In this document: positions 1 through 11,913 of the stretch, in pieces
Layout: every line of letters begins with the position of its first letter
Numbering within the stretch: position 1 is the stretch's first letter
From: Escherichia phage vB_EcoM_G17
Sequence record: MK327931.1
DNA length: 64,000 nucleotides
Strand: one strand, 5' to 3'
Program-made: the position numbers and the translations under genes
Notes under the pieces: model-generated
Told to the model about the DNA's origin: nothing
Seen by the model: only the letters and a program-made list of their open reading frames with translations
Databases searched by the model: none

Positions 1-341
1 TTTGCAATACAATATATTCTTTCTGTATTAAGTATCTGATAACTATTCCTTGCAAGTAAGTTGTAAACATAAGAACCAGGTTTTGGTACTTTTCGCTGCA
101 ACGAGTAACATGCAATGTTTAGTTGATTTAATATAGAAATATCAGATAGAATATTGGATGGTATTTCTAATATAGTACTTTCATCTACACTATGCTCATG
201 ACCTTTGAATGAAAAATTAATAACTTCAAATCCATTATTTTTTGCATAGATAGAAAAAAGGCGGTCAGCACCTGCTGCCCCGCCACTAAAACATACATTA
301 GATAAACCTTTAATTGCTTCATCTAATTCATTCTTTTTCAT
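1..341 (-). CDS. partial CDS (5' part only; continues past window start); Rossmann-like protein with GGAAGAD motif (SLOG/DprA-like)
   Basis: ATG at 341..339; N-terminus MKKNELDEAIKGLSNVCFSGGAAGADRLF; ORF runs off window edge. Confidence 0.4.
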   Translation of the reverse strand, partial: MKKNELDEAIKGLSNVCFSGGAAGADRLFSIYAKNNGFEVINFSFKGHEHSVDESTILEIPSNILSDISILNQLNIACYSLQRKVPKPGSYVYNLLARNSYQILNTERIYCIA

Positions 342-344
342 ATT

Positions 345-1001
345 TTATTTTGCTTTACGTTCTGCAAATAGTTGTTTTACTTTCTCAATAGCTTTAGTCT
401 GTGAAATACCTTCTGGAATTTCTAGATAAATTGTTTTACTATCTTTCGGTTGTTCAACAACTTGTGTTTGCGGACGCAAGCTTGGCTCTAAATTGTATGC
501 ACGTTCATAATGTTCTTTAGCCAGTTTTTCATATTTTTGTGCATCAGTGAGAAGTTGTTCTACAATAGTAGCTTCTTCTACTTTAGTGTCCGCTTCTTGT
601 GGATTGAATGGGTTAAAGTCTTTTACTTTACCATCTTCTTGTACTTTCGCTTGATTTTCATCTAATGCTTTGTTTAGAACATCAAGAGAAATTTTATTAT
701 TACCACCAGTGTGCATATCAATGTCACAAGTACGAACGCGACGTAGATGCTGCATGTTGTGTAGAACATCTAGCATTTTGCGTCCATCGAGATAACCAAT
801 TTTATGCATTACTTCCCACAAATCAATATTAGATTGACCATGACCCATAACAATATCAGTTACTGCGTGAACATATGCTTCTGGTAGTGAATCACGATAA
901 ACGATAAGGCAGTGTTCAGGATCATCTGGTAGTGAACGCCAAACAACAAAAACACGAGAACCTGTATTACGCATTACACCAACATGACGAATAGCTGCCA
1001 T
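345..1001 (-). CDS. hypothetical protein (218 aa)
   Basis: Long ORF tightly abutting neighbours; no motif recognised. Confidence 0.6.
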   Translation of the reverse strand: MAAIRHVGVMRNTGSRVFVVWRSLPDDPEHCLIVYRDSLPEAYVHAVTDIVMGHGQSNIDLWEVMHKIGYLDGRKMLDVLHNMQHLRRVRTCDIDMHTGGNNKISLDVLNKALDENQAKVQEDGKVKDFNPFNPQEADTKVEEATIVEQLLTDAQKYEKLAKEHYERAYNLEPSLRPQTQVVEQPKDSKTIYLEIPEGISQTKAIEKVKQLFAERKAK

Positions 1002-1003
1002 AA

Positions 1004-1264
1004 TTATTCTCCTTTATCTTCTTGAGTTTCACTATCTTGTGATTCAGCTTCTTCTTTAGCTGCATCTTCTTGTGCTTTAATATCTTCAAGAGCTACATTT
1101 GCAAAAGAAACAAATTTAGATACAACTGGAGCAACCTCAACAAGTTCTTCAACTTTAAAGGTGTTTCGTGCAACAGCAGCTTCCATGATTTTTGCAGCAT
1201 TGATTAGGTCTAGAAGGGTTAGTTGAATTTGATTATTTTCTTGTTCCATTTTAATACTCTCCAT
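1004..1264 (-). CDS. hypothetical small acidic protein (86 aa)
   Basis: ORF 3 nt upstream of next gene; acidic C-terminus. Confidence 0.5.
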   Translation of the reverse strand: MESIKMEQENNQIQLTLLDLINAAKIMEAAVARNTFKVEELVEVAPVVSKFVSFANVALEDIKAQEDAAKEEAESQDSETQEDKGE

Positions 1265-1313
1265 GTATATTGGTACATTAACTATTATATCATATTTTTA
1301 TAAGTTGTCCCAC

Positions 1314-1346
1314 TTATAAAAGAAGAGAACGGAAAATTCCGTTCTC
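1314..1346 (-). terminator. rho-independent terminator after vWA gene
   Basis: Hairpin GAGAACGGAA/TTCCGTTCTC (1325..1346) followed on minus strand by T-rich run. Confidence 0.55.
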
Positions 1347-1358
1347 TTTATTTAGTAC

Positions 1359-2783
1359 TTAACTACGTTGACGCTTTTTATCAGCTTCATATTCGTAGTG
1401 TACAGTCTCACCAAATGGTGCAACTTTATTTGGGTTACTGTGAATCACGAACAGTGTTTTACAGTAGTTTGGATCACCCCATGACTGCCACGGTTCACCA
1501 TCAGTAAACATTACAAGCTGTTTAGGCTTGTAGTTGTCGTTCTTCATATGAACCCATACTGCTTCAAAGTCAGTACCACCACCACCTTTTACTGGATATT
1601 CCAGAATCTTACGTTCTTCGCCAGTTTTGTAATCCTTTACAGTATAAACTTCAGTATCAAAAGTCATGATACGAATCTTAAACTGTTTGAATTGTTTAGT
1701 GATGCCAAGAACTTCACTAATGAAATCACGAAGCATATCTTCAGAAATAGACCCAGAAGCATCTAGTGCAATCGCAATATCAATATCATCATCTGGTTTC
1801 ATCCCTGGGTAAATTGGATTACCATAGAATGAACCATTAGAACCAAAACCAGCACCCCATGAACGACGAGAAGGACTTTGATACGTTGCATCAGACTTCA
1901 ACCAACTACGAAGTGTACGTTGAAGTTTTGAACGCCAGTCAATCTTTGGTTCTTTAAAGTTGTTAATCATACGAGCGATTTCTGCTGGTGTACCACCTGC
2001 ACGTGCAGCATTCATCATTGCTGTTTTGAAATCATCCATATAATCACGTTTTTGCTGTTCACTTGAACCACCTTCTTGACCTTCTTGTGGAACGTCATGC
2101 TGGTCAATGGTAGTACCTTTTGGTTTACCCTTACCATCTTTAATATCGCCAAAAGTACCGCGATTTTTACCTTCACCTTCACCGCCACCACTTTGTGGTT
2201 GACCTTCACCTTCACCATCTTCTTTTTGTTCTTCTTCTTCAAGAAGAATGTAAATCTCTTCTGCGGTCATACCTTCATATTTTTTATCATACAACCATGA
2301 ACTTTGGATTTTTCCAATTTTCTCACGAACGATGATTTGGTTAATGGCATAATCCGCTGCACGGTTATAACGTTGTGGATCACGCATACCACGACGAAGG
2401 AAGTGATCGTAAGCACAGTGTAGAATTTCATGACAAATTACAGCAATAAGGTTTTCATCAGTCAAACCTTCAGTCATTTCTTTTAATTGTTCGTCTGTAA
2501 CTTCAGGATGCTTTTCACGAATAGCTTCTTCATATTCTTTCTTTTTAGATGGGTCTTGAATACCCATTACAAATTCTACGTTGTAGAATAGATGTTTACC
2601 ATCAACTGCTAGAGTACGACACCATGTATTATTAGGAACTGGACGTAAACGTGAAGCGAGTACACCAAAGAATGGTGCAGTTAACATCAAAGATGTACGA
2701 GCCAGAACCAGACGATCTTGACATTCTTTCTGGAGTGCCGGAGATACTTCATTGAATCTGGAAGTAGATTTGTTATCTGACAT
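1359..2783 (-). CDS. vWA domain plus HExxH metallopeptidase-like protein (phage CobT-like, partner of MoxR ATPase)
   Basis: HEILHCAYDH (HExxH) in N-terminal half; MIDAS-like DASGSIS in C-terminal half; G/E-rich linker. Confidence 0.8.
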   Translation of the reverse strand: MSDNKSTSRFNEVSPALQKECQDRLVLARTSLMLTAPFFGVLASRLRPVPNNTWCRTLAVDGKHLFYNVEFVMGIQDPSKKKEYEEAIREKHPEVTDEQLKEMTEGLTDENLIAVICHEILHCAYDHFLRRGMRDPQRYNRAADYAINQIIVREKIGKIQSSWLYDKKYEGMTAEEIYILLEEEEQKEDGEGEGQPQSGGGEGEGKNRGTFGDIKDGKGKPKGTTIDQHDVPQEGQEGGSSEQQKRDYMDDFKTAMMNAARAGGTPAEIARMINNFKEPKIDWRSKLQRTLRSWLKSDATYQSPSRRSWGAGFGSNGSFYGNPIYPGMKPDDDIDIAIALDASGSISEDMLRDFISEVLGITKQFKQFKIRIMTFDTEVYTVKDYKTGEERKILEYPVKGGGGTDFEAVWVHMKNDNYKPKQLVMFTDGEPWQSWGDPNYCKTLFVIHSNPNKVAPFGETVHYEYEADKKRQRS

Positions 2784-2799
2784 GTATATTTCCTCGTTT

Positions 2800-2838
2800 A
2801 GTTAAGATAAAAGAAGGATACCATTAGGCATCCTTCTT
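2800..2838 (-). terminator. weak terminator-like imperfect hairpin after ATPase gene
   Basis: AAGAAGGATACC..GGCATCCTTCTT imperfect stem, T-rich tail on minus strand. Confidence 0.35.
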
Positions 2839-2857
2839 GTCAACAACTCTTTGTTAA

Positions 2858-4183
2858 TTAGCCAAGAGAGCGTGCTTTACGTACAAGTTCAGAGTACTTA
2901 GCGATGAAATCTTTAAACGCTGGTACATCTTTAATGGAAATCGCAACCTTATGAAGCGTGATGGTACGAATTGCCAGTACTGCCAGTTCTGCTTGAGTTG
3001 CAGAGAAGTTATGGTCTAGGAAGGTGATGAAGTTGTTACACAGTTTACCCCATTCTTCCACTGGTAGACGTTGTTCTTGCTTCTCATTGAACAGGTCGAT
3101 AATTTTATAAACCAAGTTCAGAGTGATAAAGTAGTTCGCAGAAATATCCAGCGTTGCGTCGATTTCTTTGATTTCACCAGACAGAATAGACATAGTATCT
3201 GGTAGTTTAGCAACGTTCTCAACGTACTCAATGTATTCAGTTGCAACACCTTCACCAACACGACCAGCAATCATTGCACGGAACACTTCTTTATCAATTG
3301 TCTTAGTTTTCTTGAGATCTTCGTAGCGTGCTACTGCTTCCCATGAACGTGGAGAAGTACCACCACTGTGAGAAGGATCTTGTGGACTAAGTGTGTTAAA
3401 GTACTTAGAACCAGTGTTGTTGATGAACGCAACAGTTGCTGGGTTCAAACGTTTTGCAATCGCATAATCGTTAATCCAATCTTGATGATAAGGAATCATC
3501 TCAATGTGAGTCATACGGTCACGCAGTGGTGTAGCAAGAGAGAAAGTTACACCGCCATCAGTTTCACGGTTACCTGCTGCAAGAATCAGTGCAGTCTTAG
3601 GTAGCTTCATCTCACCAACACAACGGTCGAGGATTAGCTGATAAGACGCTGCCTGAACAATAGGCATTGCAGAGTTAATTTCGTCAAACAGAATAACACC
3701 TTTCCAATCTTCGGACAATTTCAGAACTTTAGGTGCAGCCCATACTACCGCAGTTTCAGCTACATAATCTTTTGCTTCGGCAAGCTCAGATTCTTTCAGA
3801 AGAGAACCGTCAGTTTTACGGAAAAGCTTCTCTGGTACTGGAATACCGCGAAGGTCACTTGGTTCGATTTGAGACAAACGGAAATCGATAAAGTTAGTAT
3901 CTTGGTCGATTAGTTTTGCTTCAAATGCAGCCAGTTCACGGCGTAGCTGATCAGCATTTTCAGGGTCAGCTTCGATTTGTTGTTTCATGAACTCGATTTT
4001 AGCTACGTTATCTTTACGCAGTGGGTAATTTTCATCAGCGTATTGACGAGCGATTGCAGACTTACCGATACCTGGGCTACCCCAAATCATCAGGCTATCT
4101 TGAATCATGTCAGCTAGTGCCATTGCTTCTTTAGCTTTCTTTGGAGTCAGTTTAACGTTCAGGATATCGTTTTGAGTAGTCAT
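2858..4183 (-). CDS. MoxR-like AAA+ ATPase (phage CobS-like)
   Basis: Walker A GSPGIGKS, Walker B ILFDEIN, sensor AAGNRE; visibly GC-richer codons than neighbours. Confidence 0.85.
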   Translation of the reverse strand: MTTQNDILNVKLTPKKAKEAMALADMIQDSLMIWGSPGIGKSAIARQYADENYPLRKDNVAKIEFMKQQIEADPENADQLRRELAAFEAKLIDQDTNFIDFRLSQIEPSDLRGIPVPEKLFRKTDGSLLKESELAEAKDYVAETAVVWAAPKVLKLSEDWKGVILFDEINSAMPIVQAASYQLILDRCVGEMKLPKTALILAAGNRETDGGVTFSLATPLRDRMTHIEMIPYHQDWINDYAIAKRLNPATVAFINNTGSKYFNTLSPQDPSHSGGTSPRSWEAVARYEDLKKTKTIDKEVFRAMIAGRVGEGVATEYIEYVENVAKLPDTMSILSGEIKEIDATLDISANYFITLNLVYKIIDLFNEKQEQRLPVEEWGKLCNNFITFLDHNFSATQAELAVLAIRTITLHKVAISIKDVPAFKDFIAKYSELVRKARSLG

Positions 4184-4352
4184 GTATATATTTCCTTTTG
4201 TTGGATAAAATCGTTTAAGTTTCTATTATAGCCAATCCGTGGGCAAAAGTAAAGGAACTGTGTTAAAATAATTTAACTTATCAGTTCCTTTGTTACTTCA
4301 TGAATCATCCGTGTGTTTAAAAGGTAAATCTCTTTGCTGTCTTGATGTGAAC

Positions 4353-4380
4353 ATTATATCACATCGTTTCAACTTGTCAA
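4353..4380 (-). promoter_or_regulatory. sigma70-type promoter TTGACA-16-TATAAT
   Basis: Minus strand reads TTGACAAGTTGAAACGATGTGATATAAT. Confidence 0.5.
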
Positions 4381-4446
4381 TCACTTTTTTTCTTTTTTTT
4401 TCAAACTCACATCTTGTGTCGCTTGAAAACTTTATGTCTGATGCTT

Positions 4447-4474
4447 ATTGTATCACATCATTCTATCTTGTCAA
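4447..4474 (-). promoter_or_regulatory. sigma70-type promoter TTGACA-16-TACAAT (tandem with previous)
   Basis: Minus strand reads TTGACAAGATAGAATGATGTGATACAAT; shares GATGTGATA spacer core with first copy. Confidence 0.45.
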
Positions 4475-4498
4475 CATTTATTTTTAATTCATTTTTTC

Positions 4499-4879
4499 TT
4501 ACATATGAATAGAAAATAACTGTTTAAAATCGTCACAACACAATGTTAATTCAGTTATTATCATTGCATCTGTCAGATATATGTACTGACCTTCAACATA
4601 ATAAGGTGAAGTACATATTCTGTCAAGTGATGTAAACATTATAGAACTTTTAAATTCTCTTTGCAAGGGGATTTTTGTAAATTCATAAAGATTATTTTCT
4701 TTACAAATTCCATACCCAAACTTGCTAAGACGTAAACCACCGCCAGTTCTGAAATTTTCAAAAATTGACATCAGAAGCATACGGTCTGTTATTTCTGAAT
4801 CTGATTCATGTACTTCCCTAACTTTGGAAAGTACATTATTTTGATATTCAGTACTGTTATGTGATGGTTCTGGAAACAT
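4499..4879 (-). CDS. hypothetical protein (126 aa)
   Basis: ORF on minus strand, 3 nt from next gene. Confidence 0.5.
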   Translation of the reverse strand: MFPEPSHNSTEYQNNVLSKVREVHESDSEITDRMLLMSIFENFRTGGGLRLSKFGYGICKENNLYEFTKIPLQREFKSSIMFTSLDRICTSPYYVEGQYIYLTDAMIITELTLCCDDFKQLFSIHM

Positions 4880-4882
4880 ATA

Positions 4883-5278
4883 TTAGTCTCCAACAAAACC
4901 TTGACGTGCAGCATATGATGGTGCACCAGGCTCATTATAGTGTTGTACGCCTTCTTTGTCAATTGTTGGTCCCATACCTTCAGTTCCAAAACAACCTGCA
5001 ATGGCTTCCAACACTTCTTCATCAGCAACTTCAGTACTTTCATCATTATATCGAATGTCAGACAAAATGTCACAGGCTTTTTGTAGTTTATCTACAATTT
5101 CTTTTTGGTCTTCACCAGATTTAATCTTATCAACAATATCAATAAGACATTTGGTAATATCCTTAAGAACATCAACTGCTACAACATCGGATTCAACTTC
5201 AACTGAAAAACTTTCGTCTTCATCTCTTCCGGTAATTTCGTCTAACGCTTCAACTAGTTCACGATAATTATATTGCAT
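4883..5278 (-). CDS. hypothetical acidic protein (131 aa)
   Basis: ORF tightly packed; D/E-rich. Confidence 0.5.
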   Translation of the reverse strand: MQYNYRELVEALDEITGRDEDESFSVEVESDVVAVDVLKDITKCLIDIVDKIKSGEDQKEIVDKLQKACDILSDIRYNDESTEVADEEVLEAIAGCFGTEGMGPTIDKEGVQHYNEPGAPSYAARQGFVGD

Positions 5279-5279
5279 A

Positions 5280-6260
5280 TTATTTGTCTCCTAAAAATTT
5301 CTTGTATTTTTCTTGGAGACTTTCAAAAATATCTTCTACTTCTTCATCAGAATCATCTTCCAAGTCAATGTTACCTTCAGGTGAATCATCTTCTTCACTT
5401 TCATTAACATTTAGTGGGTTATCTCCTAATGCAGTGCCTGGGAATTTTGGTTCAAATTTATGAACACGATTTTCGTTCCCTTCATTATCATAATACTCAG
5501 GTTCTGGACGATTGTCAAGATCTTCATCTACAACACGTCTCCAATAAAATTGATTGCCTTTTGCAATTACAACAAAATGGTCACCTTCAACACCATTAGT
5601 CTTTAGTTGACCATCACGAACGGCATCAGCTTCTGTATCATATGGACCATAATCAGTACTGTTAGATGGTTCTTCATCTTCAGAGATACTTAGATCTGGT
5701 AGAAATTGGGTATCTTTCATTTCTTTATCGGTAGCAGGATTACCCTCTACTGAAAAATCTTCGTCTTCTTCTTCGTTAATACCAGCAAGAGATAGCATAC
5801 GACTAAAATCGAATTCTTCTTCAATAATTTCTTCTTCTTCCTCATCGTCTTCTTCAACTGATTCTAGTTGAGGTTGACCACTAAGGTCAAGAGAAAAATC
5901 TTCTTCACCTTCTACACCTGGTTCTGAAAATTCAGCATCCATACTAACTTCATCTGTGTCAGCACCAAAATCACCAACATCAGCGGAAAGATCATCAACT
6001 GCCGCTGCTAGTGGGTCTTCAACTGAAGTTTCAATTCCACCAATTTCTTCTTCAGCACCAATAGAATCGAGATCTAGTGGAGCAATAGGTGGAAGAGATG
6101 GAGTCATAGACCCCATAGATGGTACTGGAGCGGCAACTACTGGGTCTTGACGTTCAGCTTGACCAGCAAGAGCTAACATACGTGATAGAGTTTCCAAATC
6201 ATCAGATTCTAAACCTGCGATATCGATTTTAACTTGTGCTTCATTAATTTTTTTAGCCAT
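5280..6260 (-). CDS. highly acidic protein (326 aa), D/E-rich low complexity
   Basis: Long ORF; runs such as EEDDEEEEEIIEEE. Confidence 0.6.
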   Translation of the reverse strand: MAKKINEAQVKIDIAGLESDDLETLSRMLALAGQAERQDPVVAAPVPSMGSMTPSLPPIAPLDLDSIGAEEEIGGIETSVEDPLAAAVDDLSADVGDFGADTDEVSMDAEFSEPGVEGEEDFSLDLSGQPQLESVEEDDEEEEEIIEEEFDFSRMLSLAGINEEEDEDFSVEGNPATDKEMKDTQFLPDLSISEDEEPSNSTDYGPYDTEADAVRDGQLKTNGVEGDHFVVIAKGNQFYWRRVVDEDLDNRPEPEYYDNEGNENRVHKFEPKFPGTALGDNPLNVNESEEDDSPEGNIDLEDDSDEEVEDIFESLQEKYKKFLGDK

Positions 6261-6282
6261 TTTAAATAAATCCTTTTAGTTA

Positions 6283-7800
6283 TCAATCATTATTATTTAA
6301 TGATTTTAAAATTTGCACTGTTTCATCCTTTTTACCTGAAAGTAAAATGTCAGCAGCAAGTAGAGAAACCTCATCACCACGAGTTAGTAGTACTGTGATT
6401 TTTTTAGCATAAGGTGACTCTTTAATTTTAGAAGCTAATGATTGTACATCATCACCAGCAATTGTTTCAGATTTAGTTTCTGGTTCAGAAACTTCGTCTG
6501 GTTTTTGTTCAGATTCTGGTTCTTTCTTAGGTTCTTCTTTTGATTGAATTTGCTCAGTACCAGAGTCTACTTCAGGTGTTTCATCACTTTTAACTTCTTT
6601 ATCTTGTTCATATTTGGCAAGTAATTTAGCAGCAGTTGCTTTTGGTATAAACTTACCATCAGCACTAATGAATCTGTCACCACCAACATACGAATATTCT
6701 TTGCCTTGTTTGGATTTAACTTTTGTACCGATTTTCATAGCACCGGAATTGTTATGACGGAAAATATCACGCTGTGCTGCTCGTTCAACACTTTTAGAAG
6801 CACTTGTGTTAAGTTGCTTTTTACTTTCGATATCATACCACAAGTTATTTTTCTTAGCGTATGTTTTTCCTTTAGAAGAAGTCATTCTATAACCGTCAGG
6901 AACAGTAATGCTTTCAAATTCTTCAATTTCTTCATCTGCTTCATTAATTGATTCTTTAGTTGCAAATACTGGCTGTTTAGCAGGGTGTGAAGCTTTATGT
7001 GGCTTTTCACCTGAACCAAAACGTTGCTCACTATGTTCTTGTTCACCCGTTAATGTAGGAAAATCACTTGGGTTATTCTTAACAAATTGCTGATATGCAT
7101 TAATAATTGCATGTGCATTTTGTTCTGGAATTACTACATTACCATCATTATCACAAAATTCTTTACCATTCCACTCACAACGTGTATTGCCTTGAACTAA
7201 GGTTGATTTGATTGGAATTAGTTTATTTTTAGAAGCTAACTGACGAGCAATACGCATACCTTCATCTGATAGTTTACGGGTCATTGCTGGATCAACTGCT
7301 CGTCCTGATTTCATATCAACAAAACGGTGATTCTTTGGCACAAATTTAAAACCACTTACTTCCATACCTGCTGGAATTGATATATCATCAGCATATGGTG
7401 GAAGAATGTAAAATTTTAATGCATTCCATTCTTTTTGTAGTGTTTCTTTAGAAACATTATATACTCGATGATCATCTGCCATTAATTCAGTGATGAATTC
7501 ACTTTCAGTTAATAGAATTCCATCTTTTGAATTGAAACGGTTTTCACCAATAAATGTACACTCTTTACCTTCAACAATATATTTGTTACCAATCTTATAT
7601 TCATTTGAAGCTAGATTGTGCTCGACAATCTGTTGTCGAGCACTTGCGTACATGGATGGGTATTTTCTAGGGTCTACCATTAACATATTATTGTCATTGA
7701 ACCAGAATCCTTCAAGAAATACATATTTTGCACCAGTATGTGACGTATATACATATCCATTAGGAACTGTGGTAGTTTCAGTACTGAAAAAATTATCCAT
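6283..7800 (-). CDS. hypothetical protein (505 aa)
   Basis: Long ORF, minus strand, no motif recognised. Confidence 0.6.
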   Translation of the reverse strand: MDNFFSTETTTVPNGYVYTSHTGAKYVFLEGFWFNDNNMLMVDPRKYPSMYASARQQIVEHNLASNEYKIGNKYIVEGKECTFIGENRFNSKDGILLTESEFITELMADDHRVYNVSKETLQKEWNALKFYILPPYADDISIPAGMEVSGFKFVPKNHRFVDMKSGRAVDPAMTRKLSDEGMRIARQLASKNKLIPIKSTLVQGNTRCEWNGKEFCDNDGNVVIPEQNAHAIINAYQQFVKNNPSDFPTLTGEQEHSEQRFGSGEKPHKASHPAKQPVFATKESINEADEEIEEFESITVPDGYRMTSSKGKTYAKKNNLWYDIESKKQLNTSASKSVERAAQRDIFRHNNSGAMKIGTKVKSKQGKEYSYVGGDRFISADGKFIPKATAAKLLAKYEQDKEVKSDETPEVDSGTEQIQSKEEPKKEPESEQKPDEVSEPETKSETIAGDDVQSLASKIKESPYAKKITVLLTRGDEVSLLAADILLSGKKDETVQILKSLNNND

Positions 7801-7813
7801 GTGTTGATTCTCC

Positions 7814-8356
7814 TTAAGAAAGCATACGTAACAGTTGGTCGCGTTGCTCTGGACTTAATTTTTGTAGAGCATCAGGGATACTGGAACCTTGTGCTTTTGG
7901 TTGTTCTTGTTGTGCTGGTTGCTCAGTTGAGGTCGATTGTGATGGTTGTGATTCTGAACTTTCTTCGCCACCTTGTTGGTCACGGTAGTCATTCATTATA
8001 TCACGAGCAGCATTTAATAGAGCAGTACCTACATCTTTTGGTGTAAAAGAACGACGAGGATTGTTCCCTAAATGTTTAATATCAAGATTGTTACCTTTAA
8101 AAAACTGTGCCACATCAGCGTAAGGTACTGATGGTTGAGCTTTACCATATTTACGTCCAACATAACGTTTAAACTCTGCCCATAAGCGGTTGGCTTCAGC
8201 ACCAACTTCTTGTGCACCTTGTTCAATCTGTCCACTACCAAAAAAGCCTTTTACTTTTCCTTTTGCACTATCAACTGCACTTTGTGAACGACTATAAGGA
8301 CGAGCTTCATTTAACTCATTGTCTTCATAATCTAACATTTCATTAAGTATACTCAT
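7814..8356 (-). CDS. hypothetical protein (180 aa)
   Basis: ORF, tight spacing. Confidence 0.55.
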   Translation of the reverse strand: MSILNEMLDYEDNELNEARPYSRSQSAVDSAKGKVKGFFGSGQIEQGAQEVGAEANRLWAEFKRYVGRKYGKAQPSVPYADVAQFFKGNNLDIKHLGNNPRRSFTPKDVGTALLNAARDIMNDYRDQQGGEESSESQPSQSTSTEQPAQQEQPKAQGSSIPDALQKLSPEQRDQLLRMLS

Positions 8357-8359
8357 GTG

Positions 8360-8896
8360 TTAATCCTTTTTACCAAAACCAGCACTCATATATTGAGAGT
8401 ATTTATTGTCTTTTTTCGATGCTTCAATTGCATCATCAACGGCAGTGTTTGCACGTTGTTGTCCAGCTAAGTCATAACTGTCTTCTGGTTTACCAAAATC
8501 CACTCCAATAACTGGTTCATCAACATCATCAAAATCGATATCATCTTCCAAATCAGTCATTTCAATTTGACGAGGTTCATCTTTACTACGAACACGAATC
8601 AATGCTTCTGTCATGCTTAGTAAATTGCCAATTTCATACATTAGTACATTTGATTGAACGCCACGATGACATTTAAAGTCAAACATCCAAATTTCACCAC
8701 AATCTAATTCATAGAAATCTAATGGTTTTTCCATAAAAATTGTTTTCTTTAGTGCTCCAATTTCAAACGCATCATAGCGATCCATTAGTCGCTGGGTTAC
8801 TTTACTAAGTTGCTCAGGTGTTGGTTCAACTGCAAACTTAACTCGGTATTCATAAACTGGTTTCTTTTCAGTTAGGATTTGTTGTAATCTATTCAT
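8360..8896 (-). CDS. hypothetical protein (178 aa)
   Basis: ORF, tight spacing. Confidence 0.55.
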   Translation of the reverse strand: MNRLQQILTEKKPVYEYRVKFAVEPTPEQLSKVTQRLMDRYDAFEIGALKKTIFMEKPLDFYELDCGEIWMFDFKCHRGVQSNVLMYEIGNLLSMTEALIRVRSKDEPRQIEMTDLEDDIDFDDVDEPVIGVDFGKPEDSYDLAGQQRANTAVDDAIEASKKDNKYSQYMSAGFGKKD

Positions 8897-8923
8897 TTTA
8901 ATAACTCCATAAGGTCGTTTAAG

Positions 8924-11031
<2,108 letters not shown>

Positions 11032-11042
11032 TCATTATCTCC

Positions 11043-11819
11043 TTAAAATCCTACACTACCAAAAACACGATCAATGATATCTAAACCTTGATTGACATTT
11101 TCAGGTAAAAGTGAATTAATTCTGGTACTATACATTTCTTCAATGTTATCAAATTGTATACAATTATCTGGTTTGATAGTCACTACCATTTCAACTGGAG
11201 AACTTGAACTATAGTCTAATGAATCGTATGATATGTTTTGAATAACACATCCGGTTAAAACAAAGTATTCCATAACACCAGCACTGTTATAAGAAGAACC
11301 ACCAATAAATTGATCTACTGCATTTACTAAGCCAGCATTATTTGTTGCAGCAGTTGCAGCATCTACTAGTGTATCTCTTCCTAGATTTTCTAGTGTATCA
11401 TCTGAGTTACGACCACTCAACATCTGTATAACTAAACCAAATTTATAAGAACCATAATCTTGGTCATTTCTTGAAGTTATTCTGCGTTGAAAGTCCAGTT
11501 GTTTTTGTAGTTGGCGTGATAATGCTTTTGCTGATGCATTTCCAACTGAATCACGTATAGATATAGTAATTGGTTCCCAATCATGACTACCTATATAGGA
11601 AGTATTAGTAGTAAATTGATATAGTTTATGAGTACTAAATGTTACAGTAGGTCTATCAATTTTATCAACATCTAATGCGATGTGATCACGTTCATCTATA
11701 TCAGTACCGAAATTATACACAATAACACGAAACTTGTATTTTGCTTTCGGTTGTAGCATTGAACGATTACGCCCCGATGGTAAAGGAACGCCATATTTAT
11801 TAATCATGTTATTTGCCAT
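11043..11819 (-). CDS. tail tube-like protein, paralog 2
   Basis: Paralogous to 11914..12600 (shared YGVPL, KAKYKFRVI, RDSVGNASAKAL); follows sheath gene. Confidence 0.5.
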   Translation of the reverse strand: MANNMINKYGVPLPSGRNRSMLQPKAKYKFRVIVYNFGTDIDERDHIALDVDKIDRPTVTFSTHKLYQFTTNTSYIGSHDWEPITISIRDSVGNASAKALSRQLQKQLDFQRRITSRNDQDYGSYKFGLVIQMLSGRNSDDTLENLGRDTLVDAATAATNNAGLVNAVDQFIGGSSYNSAGVMEYFVLTGCVIQNISYDSLDYSSSSPVEMVVTIKPDNCIQFDNIEEMYSTRINSLLPENVNQGLDIIDRVFGSVGF

Positions 11820-11862
11820 AGCAACCTCTTTTTATTTTATAAGGCATTATACTTTATTTAGC

Positions 11863-11892
11863 ATAAAAAAAGCCCCGAATAGATTCGAGGCT
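11863..11892 (-). terminator. rho-independent terminator after tube-like gene 1
   Basis: Hairpin GCCTCGAATCTATTCGGGGC followed by TTTTTTT on minus strand. Confidence 0.6.
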
Positions 11893-11913
11893 ATATATTA
11901 AGTTTAAATAAAA

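Noticed and set aside
2015-2242. Lys-rich 75-aa ORF and other ORFs nested inside the vWA gene (1548..1766, 2076..2300)
   Set aside because: Alternative-frame readings of the G/E-rich linker of the vWA gene; low complexity, no independent signals.
4290-4487. Plus-strand ORF spanning the promoter region
   Set aside because: It overlaps the two minus-strand promoters, has no RBS, and opposes the uniform gene orientation.
4789-5073. Minus-strand ORF overlapping two adjacent genes in another frame
   Set aside because: It straddles the 4499..4879 and 4883..5278 genes, which are tightly packed with their own starts; likely a frame artefact.
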